64,000 bases of DNA from contig JALWZB010000155.1 of NCBI GenBank assembly GCA_027002995.1, forward strand, positions 26,365 to 90,364, in the 5' to 3' direction. Both the position numbers and the translations under genes were made by a program. Shown piece after piece: positions 1 through 9,713 of the stretch. The stretch's first letter is position 1. Every line of letters starts with the position of its first letter. The notes beneath the pieces were generated by a model. The model saw only the letters and a list, made by a program, of their open reading frames with translations, did no database searches and had not been told where the DNA came from. The DNA comes from Desulfurococcales archaeon (GTDB taxonomy: Archaea > Thermoproteota > Thermoprotei_A > Sulfolobales > NBVN01).

Positions 1-618
1 ATATTCAACGCCACGCAACAGGAACTAGCCAGGATAATGGGGATAAGTGCGTCAGTCATTAGCGATTACGAGAAAGGGAGGCGCTCCCCAGGGGTTAAGT
101 TCCTTCGTAGGTTCGTTGATGCTTTATTACTCATAGACTCTAAACGGGACTGGGCAACCGTGAAGCAGCTTGCTAGGTCCCTCAGCATAAATGTTGGTGC
201 GATACTGGATGCTAGAGAACTCAGCATACCCTTAACGCTAGCCGAACTCGTTGACGTTGTTGAGGGCATTATCGTTAACTCACACGCCAACCCACGTCTC
301 GAGCTTTACGGTTACACAATAATTGATAGTATCGGAGCTATAGAGACAATGAGTGGTAATGAGTTCTGGCAAATAATGGGCACGACCAGTCGAAGAGCAT
401 TAGTCTTCACCAAAGTGCACCTAGGGCGTTCACCAATGATAGCCGTGAGAGTTGCACCGGTGAAGCCGGCAGCCGTCGTCTTCCACGGTTCTAGGAAGGT
501 GGATCCGCTGGCGATCAGACTAGCTGATAGGGAGGGTATCCCGTTAATACTATCGCTTAAGGAGGACCCTAAGTCGCTAATTAGCGCACTACGAAACGCT
601 ACCTCACTGCATCTATGA
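1..618 (+). CDS. XRE-family HTH transcriptional regulator with C-terminal DRTGG-like domain (5' truncated by window)
   Basis: Frame is open from base 1 (IFNATQQELARIMGISASVISDYEKGRRSPG), a typical XRE HTH; C-terminus TKVHLGRSPMIAVRV resembles conserved archaeal regulators. Confidence 0.8.
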   Translation: MFNATQQELARIMGISASVISDYEKGRRSPGVKFLRRFVDALLLIDSKRDWATVKQLARSLSINVGAILDARELSIPLTLAELVDVVEGIIVNSHANPRLELYGYTIIDSIGAIETMSGNEFWQIMGTTSRRALVFTKVHLGRSPMIAVRVAPVKPAAVVFHGSRKVDPLAIRLADREGIPLILSLKEDPKSLISALRNATSLHL

Positions 619-627
619 CCTTAACCT

Positions 628-993
628 TCACTCACCGGATGTTAGCAGTAAGATTGCCTGAGCTATGTCACCGTTCGCCTCCTCTAACGCTTTGATGGCT
701 TCATCCCTACTTACGCCGGTTTGCTCCATTACGAAGCGTATATCCTCCTCAGAGAACTTCACCTCCTTAATCTCAGGCGCCCTCTCAAGTACCTCCTCCT
801 TCCCTCCCATGATCTGATAGATCTTCTGTCCCTGCGCCTTCATCACGATTACTTGAGGCGCCCTTATGATTAGCTCTTTATCCTCCAGAGTTATAGTTAC
901 CGAGCGCACACCCTCAAGCTCCCTCACGTCAATACCTAACCGCTTCATCGCCCGCTTCAGATCCCTCGGATTCATCGAGAACATATCCATCAC
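628..993 (-). CDS. nac: Archaeal nascent polypeptide-associated complex protein
   Basis: [17 protein letters not shown] domain plus C-terminal UBA ([33 protein letters not shown]). Confidence 0.95.
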   Translation of the reverse strand: MMDMFSMNPRDLKRAMKRLGIDVRELEGVRSVTITLEDKELIIRAPQVIVMKAQGQKIYQIMGGKEEVLERAPEIKEVKFSEEDIRFVMEQTGVSRDEAIKALEEANGDIAQAILLLTSGE

Positions 994-1051
994 GACCTCA
1001 GTTCAGCTTATTACCTGCCAGAATAAAGGGTTTTCTCAGGTGTTAGGAGGG

Positions 1052-2329
1052 TTGAGTAAGTTAGAAGTAAGGATCTTGGGAAGCGGTCGTGAGGTAGGTA
1101 GGGCGGCCGTAGCCATTGGCAGGGACGGCCGTTACGTGCTCTTAGATTACGGTGTAAACTTTAATGAGAAGGATGAGCCGCAGTTACCACTACACATAAG
1201 GCCCGCTGACGTGACAGCTATGGCGGTGACGCACGCACACCTAGACCACATAGGAGCAGCACCGATGATGTTCACAACCTCCAAGGTGCCGTTAGTGATG
1301 ACAACCGTAACAAAGGAGCTTGGAGAGGTCATGATAAAGGACTTCCTGAAGTTATCTGGCTACTACCTGCCCTTCGAGGAAATAGACCTTAACACGATGA
1401 TGGATAATGTAATACTTACTGATTATGGCAGGACACTATGGTTTGAGGACTTCAGTATTAGGTTAATCAATGCTGGCCATATACCTGGTAGCGCTATGAT
1501 CTTAGTTGATCTCGATGGGGTTAAGGTGTTGTACACGGGTGACGTTAACACCGTGGACACTAGGTTAGTTAAGGGTGCTGACCTTGAGGGAATCACTGCT
1601 GACGTGCTGATAATTGAGGGTACCTACGGTAACTCGATACACCCACCGAGGGAGGAGACCGAGAAGGAATTCATTGATGCTGTGAGAGAAGTCGTTGACC
1701 GGGGAGGTAACGTCCTTGTGCCAGCCTTCAGCTTGGGACGCTCCCAAGAGATACTGGCACTGCTTTACGAGAAAATGCCGGACGCCTCGGTGTACTACGA
1801 CGGCATGATTCGTGTAATAAGCAACATCATCGTGAGCCATCCGGAACACATCAACAGGTATGGACTTGTGGCCAAGGCGTTAAGTGAGTTTAGAGCTGTG
1901 AGAAACTCTGGGGATAGGCGGAGAATCGTGAAGGGTAAGGGAAACGTCGTGGTGTCGTCGGCAGGCATGCTTAAGGGTGGACCCGCACAATACTACATGA
2001 AGAAAATCGCTAATGACTCTAAGAACGCAGTATACCTAGTGTCGTACCAGGCGCCGGGAACACCCGGCCGCGAGCTCCTAGAGACGGGAGTCTTCGGTAA
2101 TAACGGGGGATTAATGAAGGCTAGGCTAATGTGGTTCGACTTCTCAAGCCATGCCGGGCAGGACGGGTTACTTAAGCTTGCTAAGCAAGTGAGCGGGCTT
2201 AAGAAGATAGTGCTAGTACATAGCGGTGAGGACGTGGGTCAGGAATTTAAGCAGGTGCTTGAGGACGTTGTTGGCGCTGAGAACGTGTACTTCCCGACCA
2301 ACGGTGAGGTACTGTCTTTTGATGTGTAA
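1052..2329 (-). other. No minus-strand feature supported here; the real gene is the plus-strand beta-CASP nuclease in the next entry
   Basis: Minus-strand ORFs 1147-1332 and 1565-1849 are motif-less shadows of the plus-strand gene. Confidence 0.05.
1052..2329 (+). CDS. Metallo-beta-lactamase / beta-CASP ribonuclease (aCPSF2-like)
   Basis: LGSGREVGR, HAHLDH, AGHIPGS, YTGD and FSSHA motifs; start moved to TTG at 1052, just after the GGAGG Shine-Dalgarno. Confidence 0.9.
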   Translation: MSKLEVRILGSGREVGRAAVAIGRDGRYVLLDYGVNFNEKDEPQLPLHIRPADVTAMAVTHAHLDHIGAAPMMFTTSKVPLVMTTVTKELGEVMIKDFLKLSGYYLPFEEIDLNTMMDNVILTDYGRTLWFEDFSIRLINAGHIPGSAMILVDLDGVKVLYTGDVNTVDTRLVKGADLEGITADVLIIEGTYGNSIHPPREETEKEFIDAVREVVDRGGNVLVPAFSLGRSQEILALLYEKMPDASVYYDGMIRVISNIIVSHPEHINRYGLVAKALSEFRAVRNSGDRRRIVKGKGNVVVSSAGMLKGGPAQYYMKKIANDSKNAVYLVSYQAPGTPGRELLETGVFGNNGGLMKARLMWFDFSSHAGQDGLLKLAKQVSGLKKIVLVHSGEDVGQEFKQVLEDVVGAENVYFPTNGEVLSFDV

Positions 2330-2368
2330 TGCTGGTTAACCCACCATGGTTTCCGGAAATAAGTCGTG

Positions 2369-2671
2369 TTAAGTGCATTGAACTTCCTTTAACCTCTCCA
2401 TTACGTAGTCAGTATCCGCATTCCTGACTAGAATCACTTTTTCATGGCTAGTGAAGCCAGAAACAATCGATACAGATTTCTTGAGGAGCTTTTTCAGAAA
2501 CTTCACGAGTTCGTCGTTAGCCTTACCCTTAACGGGCGGGCTTTTCAACCTAATCACTATTCCTTCATAGCCGAGTTCTACGCATTGGCTCCTCGAGTTA
2601 GGCACCACTGATAACCTAATCAAGATGCCCTCTGAGTCCTTGACCACGAATTCCTCACTCCTCCCAGGCAT
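2369..2671 (-). CDS. DUF167 / YggU (UPF0235) family protein
   Basis: V.PNS...LKSPPVKGKANDELVKFL...VSIVSGFTSHEK signature. Confidence 0.9.
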   Translation of the reverse strand: MPGRSEEFVVKDSEGILIRLSVVPNSRSQCVELGYEGIVIRLKSPPVKGKANDELVKFLKKLLKKSVSIVSGFTSHEKVILVRNADTDYVMERLKEVQCT

Positions 2672-2734
2672 GATTAGTACGCCACGAGCAGTATTAGTAA
2701 CTTAGGCACTATTAATTTAAGTGGGGGTCGAGAA

Positions 2735-3685
2735 GTGTCTTCCGCTGTGACACTGAGTGAGTACATCATGAGTGAATTATCGTTAATTCAAAAGGTGGTT
2801 AGAAATCAGCTCAAGTTCCTCAAAGAGCTAGAGAGGCCTTCGTTAAGGAGAGGGTTAGTTACGGGTGCAGGTGACTCCCACGCAGCATCGATTTTCGCGC
2901 AACTCGTCAGTAGGCATAGTTTTCTGGCAGTTGACCCCTACGAACTTAGGCTTAAAACCCCCTCCGTTAGTGAGGGCGACCTAGTAGCAATATCAGTTAA
3001 GGGCAGAACGCGAGAGGTCGTTAAGGTTGCGGAGACGTTACGTGGTAGGGGATGGAGGGTAATCTCCGTAACAGCTGATGAGGGATCACCCTTAGCTAGG
3101 GTCTCAGACGTTGTGGTAAAGCTAGTGTATGGCGGTGGTGCCCTACCCGTCGGAATAGGTAATTTCGCGGCAGTCCTAGCCGCATTATCGTGGTTATTTG
3201 AGGGTTACACGCAACCTCCAGAGATATGTGAAGTAAAACGTGAGGATCACACACTACTTGAGTACAGGGACGTTGTTACTGTTGGAGAGGACATTGGGGT
3301 TGTGTCTGCTTACTTCACATGTTTAAAGCTTCATGAAGTGCTCTGCATGCCATGCAGGTATTATAGCATCGAGCAGTTCCTCCACGCCATACTTTACTCC
3401 TTAAGCCCATCCTCCCTCGTAATAATCTTCCCAGGGAAGGAGAGGAGAAAGAGCATACAGCTAAGTAAGATCTTAGAGACCGCAAACATACCCCGTATCT
3501 ACGTGAATTCGCCTACCACTGGCACTCACTTGAGCCTAGTCTTAAGCGAGATTATATGGGGACTAAGTACTATTATGAACGCTGCTAGGAGAAAGGGGCT
3601 TAAAGAGCCTTGCTTCATGAGTAGAAAGGATTTACTAACGCTATCCACACCTATGATCTACGGATGTGAAAGTACCCTTGAGTAG
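2735..3685 (+). CDS. SIS-domain sugar-phosphate isomerase/binding protein
   Basis: TGAGDSHAA, AISVKGRTREV and VTADEGSPLARVSD SIS motifs; second SIS domain is degenerate. Confidence 0.8.
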   Translation: MSSAVTLSEYIMSELSLIQKVVRNQLKFLKELERPSLRRGLVTGAGDSHAASIFAQLVSRHSFLAVDPYELRLKTPSVSEGDLVAISVKGRTREVVKVAETLRGRGWRVISVTADEGSPLARVSDVVVKLVYGGGALPVGIGNFAAVLAALSWLFEGYTQPPEICEVKREDHTLLEYRDVVTVGEDIGVVSAYFTCLKLHEVLCMPCRYYSIEQFLHAILYSLSPSSLVIIFPGKERRKSIQLSKILETANIPRIYVNSPTTGTHLSLVLSEIIWGLSTIMNAARRKGLKEPCFMSRKDLLTLSTPMIYGCESTLE

Positions 3686-3971
3686 CTCTAACGTCCTTGC
3701 GGAGGTCTTGAACTTACTGTGTTCTAAGGGAGCCATAACTATTGGAGAGATTGTTAGGAGGATAGGCGTTCCGCGGAGTACCGCGGTGCAGGTCATTCAC
3801 GTGTTACTAGCGGAGGGAATAATAGTTAAGGCGGGCACGTGTGATGCATGTAGTGGTTGCCCGCTCAGAGATTTCTGCGGCCCACCACGTTCACACCCCA
3901 CTGAAGTATACGTCCTGACGGTTAGGGGGTTAAGGGTCTGCTCACAACATAAGAGTAAACACCAAGCTTAG
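3666..3971 (+). CDS. Winged-helix protein with Cys-rich wing (FeoC-like)
   Basis: wHTH (ITIGEIVRRIGVPRSTAVQVIHVLLAEGII) followed by CDACSGCPLRDFC. Confidence 0.7.
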   Translation: MKVPLSSSNVLAEVLNLLCSKGAITIGEIVRRIGVPRSTAVQVIHVLLAEGIIVKAGTCDACSGCPLRDFCGPPRSHPTEVYVLTVRGLRVCSQHKSKHQA

Positions 3972-3985
3972 GGAGTAACTCAATG

Positions 3986-4086
3986 TGGTGGGGCCGCGGG
4001 GATTTGAACCCCGGACCACGGGGACTTCCGCCGTCCGTGTGGGGTGGACCCGAACCCCGCATTCTCCCAAGCTAAACTACGGCCCC
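3986..4086 (-). tRNA. tRNA-Pro(CGG) with 24-nt intron at 37/38 (4025-4048) and encoded CCA
   Basis: GGGGCCG/CGGCCCC acceptor stem, CGGGG/CCCCG anticodon stem, TTCAAAT T-loop; BHB helix UUCG/CGGA flanked by GG|U and AG|U bulges. Confidence 0.95.
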
Positions 4087-4203
4087 ACCACCTCCGCAGT
4101 AACCTCATTACTCTGGGGTTTATTTTTATTTCTGGTTCATCGCCGCGTAAGTGGCGTAACACACTCCTTTTTAGCGGTGTGAAGACTAGTTACTCCAGAA
4201 GAG

Positions 4204-5367
4204 GTGGATGCTGTGGATGCTACAGCGAAGCTTAGGAGGTTCCTGGACAGACTTCAATCACCGTTTGTGGGCAGGGAGGAGGAAGCTAAGGTAATAGTGC
4301 TAACTCTCCTTTCCCGTGAGCATGCCGTCCTAATAGGTGAGCCAGGGACCGCTAAGTCCGCCTTAGTTAGGCGAGCTGCTGAGCTTCTCAACGCTAAGTT
4401 CTTTAAGTACCTCTTGACGAGGTTTACCGAACCTGCAGAGCTATTCGGTCCTTTAGATATAAAGTTACTGGAGGAGGGAAGGTACGTTAGGCTTACTCAG
4501 GGTAAGCTTCCGGAAGCTGACATAGCGTTCCTAGATGAAATCTTTAAGGCTAATTCCGCCATTCTCAATGCGCTTAACTCTCTCCTACAGGAGAGAGTGC
4601 TATACGACGGCTTCACGGAGATGGACGTGCCGCTCTGGTCGCTCTTTGGCGCCAGCAATGAAGTACCTGACGATCCTGAGGTCGAGGCACTTTACGATAG
4701 GTTCACGGTGAGGCACTTCGTAAGGCCTGTACCCGAGGATCTCTGGAGTGACTTGCTACTTAAGTCATGGGAATTTGAGAGAGCCATGTACTTTAGAGGA
4801 GGTCTTGATGGATCAAGCGTGATGAGCATCACTGACTTGAGGACACTTCATGAGAAAGTGCTTAACGTGGATCTGGAGCCTATTAAGGGGAAGCTCGTCA
4901 AGCTATTTGCGGTTTTCGAGAGTCGAGGCGTGAAGGTCACCGACAGGAGGAAGGGTAAGTCCTTAAAGCTAATTGCCGCGAACGCAGTCCTCGAAGGCAG
5001 AGATTACGCTGATGAGCGTGACCTTATAGTGCTTAAGTACGTGATACCAAGGGATTGGGACGAGCTTGATAAGGTAAACATGATTCTCTCAGAAGAGCTG
5101 AAAACACCTTATAAGTACCTCAAGGAGTTGGAGGAAATCAGAAATAACGTGAGGGAAGTCATGAACTACGTAATATCACTTCAAGGCGTGAATAGTAAGT
5201 ACCTAACCTCGCGCTTCAAACTAATCCTCAAGGACCTAGAGGTAACTAAGGAGAAGGTACGCAGCATGATGAATGAATGTAGCGACGCAAGAGTACGTAA
5301 GGTTGCTGAGGACGTGATCACCCTGATAAGTGATGTGGAGAGAGCAATTAGTAGGAGGATAAAGTAA
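4204..5367 (+). CDS. MoxR/RavA-family AAA+ ATPase
   Basis: Walker A GEPGTAKS, LTRFTEPAELFGP, FLDEIFKANSAILN, GASNE, ALYDRF. Confidence 0.92.
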   Translation: MDAVDATAKLRRFLDRLQSPFVGREEEAKVIVLTLLSREHAVLIGEPGTAKSALVRRAAELLNAKFFKYLLTRFTEPAELFGPLDIKLLEEGRYVRLTQGKLPEADIAFLDEIFKANSAILNALNSLLQERVLYDGFTEMDVPLWSLFGASNEVPDDPEVEALYDRFTVRHFVRPVPEDLWSDLLLKSWEFERAMYFRGGLDGSSVMSITDLRTLHEKVLNVDLEPIKGKLVKLFAVFESRGVKVTDRRKGKSLKLIAANAVLEGRDYADERDLIVLKYVIPRDWDELDKVNMILSEELKTPYKYLKELEEIRNNVREVMNYVISLQGVNSKYLTSRFKLILKDLEVTKEKVRSMMNECSDARVRKVAEDVITLISDVERAISRRIK

Positions 5368-5370
5368 GTT

Positions 5371-6648
5371 ATGCCGACCCTCATCCGCGGGATTAAGCAC
5401 GACGACCCCGTCGCTATCTATAGAGGTGAGAAGGTCCTCTCAGTCTCCAAGAGGCTAGGCAGGGTATGTACCGCCCTAGGTAACTTGGACTTCGCTATAG
5501 ACATGTTCTACGCCCTCTACCTGCCGTACCCCATACTTCTCCCCGCCCAAGATATTGCGGGAGAGAGCGAACTCTCGTACCGCATACTAAAATCGATTAT
5601 GGAGTCAGAGGACTTCCAACACCTGCGGCTTTCAACTATAGCGAACTCCACAATAAGCACATTGGTTTCAGCTTCATTCATAGATACCTTAAGCAGGGAA
5701 CTCTCCAAGGAGGGGCTACTGCTTGATAAGGAGCAAGCCGAGGCCAGCGTATCTGAGCCCTCACTAAATGCTGTGGTGAGGAGGGCATTGAGGCAAGTTG
5801 CTAAGGAAGCACATAGTATTAAGAAACTACAGCAATTAGTGGCTTTTGGAACGCAGGCAGGGACGGGGTCGGTATTTGACCTTGAGGAACGTGGGGATGA
5901 CGTAATCAGGCTTGCTAGGAACGCTGACGTGCAGAAGCTTCTTGAGGTGCTCTCCCTACTCCCTAAGATAGCTAGGAAAGTTAGGCGTAAGGTCATGCCG
6001 TTCAGCAGGGGTGAGCTCAGGGGCTATGACATAGGTAGCGACTTAGAGAGAATAGTCCCAACAGAACTGGCCTTACCGAAGCTCCTTTTCAGGATTAAAT
6101 ATATCGAGTCTAAACTTCTACTTTACGAGAAATTAATACCGAAGGACATAGGGCCCCTCTACGTCCTCGTGGATAAGTCCGGCAGCATGGAGGGCAAGAA
6201 AATCAGGTGGGCAAAAGCCACCGCCTTAGCCTTACTGATTAAGGCTAGGCGTGAGGGCAGGGACTTCTTTCTGAGGTTCTTTGATGGAATGCCACATGCA
6301 CTTACGTGCGTCCCTAAGCGCATGAGATCTGACGAAGTAATTGACCTCTTAAAGTATCTCTCTAGAGTCAAAAGTGGTGGCGGGACGGACATCACTAAAG
6401 CCGTCGCAACCGCGTGTGATGACCTTAGGGGTCCTAAGGTTAGGGAGGTTGCGGACGTGATACTCATAACTGATGGGGAGGACAACATATCCGACCTCCT
6501 TATTACGAGAAAGCTTAGGTCTGCTAACGCTAGATTAGTTACGGTAATGGTTATGGGTGAGAACAGGAGCTTAAAGAACGTCAGTGACTCTTACTTGCGG
6601 GTGACCAAGCTAGACGAGGGCGATATCCTAAGAGTTGTTGAGGCGTGA
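5371..6648 (+). CDS. vWA-domain protein (ViaA/CoxE-like partner of the AAA+ ATPase)
   Basis: MIDAS motif DKSGSM, GGGTD, ITDGED; immediately downstream of the MoxR gene. Confidence 0.9.
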   Translation: MPTLIRGIKHDDPVAIYRGEKVLSVSKRLGRVCTALGNLDFAIDMFYALYLPYPILLPAQDIAGESELSYRILKSIMESEDFQHLRLSTIANSTISTLVSASFIDTLSRELSKEGLLLDKEQAEASVSEPSLNAVVRRALRQVAKEAHSIKKLQQLVAFGTQAGTGSVFDLEERGDDVIRLARNADVQKLLEVLSLLPKIARKVRRKVMPFSRGELRGYDIGSDLERIVPTELALPKLLFRIKYIESKLLLYEKLIPKDIGPLYVLVDKSGSMEGKKIRWAKATALALLIKARREGRDFFLRFFDGMPHALTCVPKRMRSDEVIDLLKYLSRVKSGGGTDITKAVATACDDLRGPKVREVADVILITDGEDNISDLLITRKLRSANARLVTVMVMGENRSLKNVSDSYLRVTKLDEGDILRVVEA

Positions 6649-7417
6649 CGTAGAACGGTATTCTACCGCTCAGGTAATCACGTATGACAGCCTTAGCGGA
6701 TTCCTGGATTATGGGTTCCTTGTCCTTCCGGTACACCCATCCCCGCATTAAGGCTAACTCACGCAGTATCGTATCGGGGTTAGTGCTTGATATACCGTAA
6801 GCTTCCTTGAAGGCGTTTGGACTGTACTTAAGTATCTTTCTTATCAGCTCCACGGCCATGGCTACAGGGTTTTCTAGGGAATCAACAGGTTTCTCGCGAA
6901 TCTTACTTTCGATACCTCCACCCTCCGGTGGCACCAGCCCGGGTGTGTCTATTAGGTAGACACCCTCACCTATCCTGAAGGTTTGTGCGCGCTTCGTGTA
7001 TCCAGGGGACCCTGGGTACGGAGACGTAGAGGCTGAGTGCCTCCCCTTCAGCGTGTTAATCAGTGTTGACTTACCTACCTTCGGGATGCCGAATATGCCG
7101 GCGGTGAGGGGCGATTTATTCTTAACAACGCGTTTAAGTACACGCCTAAGTACTAGGGTACCCATCCTTTTCTGCGCGGATATGAACACTGCCGGGTAAC
7201 CCTCATCCTCGAAGTACCTTTTCCACTCCTTACTTACGGATAGAGGCACTAGGTCAGCTTTGTTGAGCACTATTATTAAGGGTACACCGGATCTCTCCGC
7301 AAGCTCCTCTAACCTTCTGCTCCTCGTGGATATAGGGTCCCTAATGTCAACTAACTCTAACGCAGCATCAACCGTTAGTAGTAGCTCCCTTATCAGCCTC
7401 CAGTTAGCTAGCTGCAT
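6581..7417 (-). CDS. Circularly permuted ribosome-biogenesis GTPase (RbgA/YlqF family)
   Basis: Motif order NKAD (G4), ISA (G5), GIPKVGKS (G1), T (G2), DTPG (G3). Confidence 0.92.
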   Translation of the reverse strand: MQLANWRLIRELLLTVDAALELVDIRDPISTRSRRLEELAERSGVPLIIVLNKADLVPLSVSKEWKRYFEDEGYPAVFISAQKRMGTLVLRRVLKRVVKNKSPLTAGIFGIPKVGKSTLINTLKGRHSASTSPYPGSPGYTKRAQTFRIGEGVYLIDTPGLVPPEGGGIESKIREKPVDSLENPVAMAVELIRKILKYSPNAFKEAYGISSTNPDTILRELALMRGWVYRKDKEPIIQESAKAVIRDYLSGRIPFYVTPQQLLGYRPRLAWSPASKSH

Positions 7418-7450
7418 TACAGTACCCCGTCCATCTTCACTACAACCTTA

Positions 7451-8821
7451 TTAGGGCTTCCTAAGACCACGCTGAAACCTTTCAAACAACTTGACATCAT
7501 CAACATATTTCTCAATCCCCTTAGCAGAGTTCAGCAAAACGTAAATCTCCCAGGAACGCAGGGATGGGCAGACATAGCACCCGGTCCTGTAGAATCCTTC
7601 CCAGTAAAGTGGGTTTTCAGGTAGGCCTATCAACTGATTGAAGACCTGGACAGATATTGTGGACCAATGCTTAATCGGGTATAGGTACGTGAACCGACCC
7701 TCGCGCCTAGCGTAGGGAGCGTGCGACCTCCCTCTGGATTCAACTTCCCTATCACCTACAACCACGGTGACGGTACCGTGTAGTCCCTCAAGGAACTCCT
7801 TAAGGGCTTTCTGCTTTAACTTCGTGCACCATCGATTATCGTGAGTTGGGAAAGGTTCCCGACCTTCACGCAGGAAAGTGCCTACAGGGGCTTCCACAGT
7901 AACTAAACGTACACTTAGTTCCTTAGCAAGTTTCTCCGCAACTTCCCTATTGCTTATGAAGTCCACTCCTGTATCAACATATACTGCCGTGACGTTCTTA
8001 TTGCCGAATGCACTAACAGCCAGGGCTAACGATGCTGCACTGTCCTTTCCTCCCGATACAGGCACCACTACGTTATCTGGGTCTCCGCTCAGGCTCCGTA
8101 AGTACCTTACTGATATCTCCTTCATGACCTCCATAACTTCCTTATTGCCCTCAGCAACCTTCGTAAGGTCAACTCCCTCGAGACGATCTACTTCAGCCTT
8201 ACGTTCTTCCAATACAGTTACAGGTCGGTCAAGGTCATCACTGAACCTTATTCTGAAAGCAGGCTCCTCCTTAACAAATACTATGTGTTCTCCCGCCCAC
8301 CTCCTGACTAGCAGTAATGAACCACGTACCTCCTTACCTAGTACCTTAGACAGCTTCCTTACGCCATCCCCGTAGATTAGGAAAGGATCACTAACCTCAT
8401 CCTTAGGATATGGTAGGTCACGGCATCCTTCACATTTCCCTATCCTGTAGACCCGGTGTCTTGGATCCCAGGTCACCCTACTCCGGATTATTGATTTCCC
8501 CGTATTGACGGCGCTGATTATTTCATGTTGCCGTGCGTTCCTTACCTTTCTCTTGTTCATTGCCACGACCGTTGCTAGCGGGGACATGTATGGGCACGTG
8601 ATGCCCCCCGCAATGTCCTCCCTGCCTAGCAGAGCGACTATGTATGCGTTTCTCTTGCTTAGTTCCTCACATAGTGCTTCAAGTAACCTGCTTCCGCGAA
8701 GGCCTCCTAAACTGATTATTTCGTAGCCTTCCGCCCCGTAAAACTTAGCTAGTGCGTGTTTGACTGCTGACGCATCACTTCGGGAGCGCACGATTATCTT
8801 GAGCATTAATGCATCACACAC
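7451..8821 (-). CDS. PAPS-reductase-family (PP-loop) protein with extended N-terminus
   Basis: PVSGGKDS, YVDTG, RWCTKLK, GDREVES, YPIKHWS, NPLY..GFYRTGCYVCP. Confidence 0.85.
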   Translation of the reverse strand: MCDALMLKIIVRSRSDASAVKHALAKFYGAEGYEIISLGGLRGSRLLEALCEELSKRNAYIVALLGREDIAGGITCPYMSPLATVVAMNKRKVRNARQHEIISAVNTGKSIIRSRVTWDPRHRVYRIGKCEGCRDLPYPKDEVSDPFLIYGDGVRKLSKVLGKEVRGSLLLVRRWAGEHIVFVKEEPAFRIRFSDDLDRPVTVLEERKAEVDRLEGVDLTKVAEGNKEVMEVMKEISVRYLRSLSGDPDNVVVPVSGGKDSAASLALAVSAFGNKNVTAVYVDTGVDFISNREVAEKLAKELSVRLVTVEAPVGTFLREGREPFPTHDNRWCTKLKQKALKEFLEGLHGTVTVVVGDREVESRGRSHAPYARREGRFTYLYPIKHWSTISVQVFNQLIGLPENPLYWEGFYRTGCYVCPSLRSWEIYVLLNSAKGIEKYVDDVKLFERFQRGLRKP

Positions 8822-9653
8822 CCTTCCCCAACGTTACCGCTACAGCTTCAGCAACCCTCCTCAGTGATTTAGGTAGTGATGGACCATAATGTGATAACGT
8901 GTTGTGCTCCAGCAACACCACCCTGTTCCTGCGTACGGCGTTGATGTGCGTTAATCCTGCAGCCTCAAACCTCTTGAGAACTGACCTTAGGTCCGGCTTC
9001 ACCTCACTACCCGACTCAACGATTATTACGTCCGGATTCCTTTCCGCTACTAAGTCATAGTTAGGGGTTACGTAGGAGCTTTTGATGTCATGCATTATGT
9101 TCTCTAGGTTAATGAAGCGTAATGCATGATCCACGAACGTATGTGCCCCTATAGTTACGGGTCCACCGAGATCAACCTCGTAGTACGCCCGCATCTTAGC
9201 CCAGGGTGTTTTAATGCTGTGTAGTTCCTCATTTATCTTCTCGGCTAGCTCCCTCCCTTCATCAACCCTCCCGACAACCATGCTGGTAGTTATGACTAAG
9301 TCAATCACTCCGTACACGCTTACTGGTAGCGGTATTGGGAAATACCTCACCTTAGCGGCCTCTAGCGATGAGTATATGGTGCGTTGCGCACCAGTAGTTA
9401 CGAGTACGAGGTCTGGGTCAAGAAGCTTAAGGAGTTTAAGGTTAACATCTAGGTAAGCGCCAACTTTCGGTTTACTCCTTGCCTCAGGTGGCTTACTACA
9501 GTACCTGCTGACGCCGACGACACTATCTCCCAGGCCAATCATAAAGAGCGTCTCCGTTATTGCCGGGGCTAACGACACTATTTTCTTGGGCTCATCGGGG
9601 ACGGTTACCCAGCGTGAGAGGACCTCGCTGTACACCCGCATCCACGCACCCAC
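8814..9653 (-). CDS. BtuF-like helical-backbone metal/cobalamin-binding protein
   Basis: KIVSLAPAITETLFMIG, VVGVSRYC, LDPDLV, NPDVII, AVRRNRV. Confidence 0.85.
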   Translation of the reverse strand: MGAWMRVYSEVLSRWVTVPDEPKKIVSLAPAITETLFMIGLGDSVVGVSRYCSKPPEARSKPKVGAYLDVNLKLLKLLDPDLVLVTTGAQRTIYSSLEAAKVRYFPIPLPVSVYGVIDLVITTSMVVGRVDEGRELAEKINEELHSIKTPWAKMRAYYEVDLGGPVTIGAHTFVDHALRFINLENIMHDIKSSYVTPNYDLVAERNPDVIIVESGSEVKPDLRSVLKRFEAAGLTHINAVRRNRVVLLEHNTLSHYGPSLPKSLRRVAEAVAVTLGKGV

Positions 9654-9713
9654 CTCGGACTTGACTGAGTTAATTCAATTATAACCCTAAATAATAATAG
9701 TAATCTTGCGTGC

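Noticed and set aside
866..1051. N-terminal extension of the beta-CASP ORF
   Set aside because: Overlaps nac on the opposite strand; the SD and conserved N-terminus point to TTG at 1052
3980..4235. Three short ORFs of 60-65 aa
   Set aside because: They overlap the tRNA-Pro gene and its promoter
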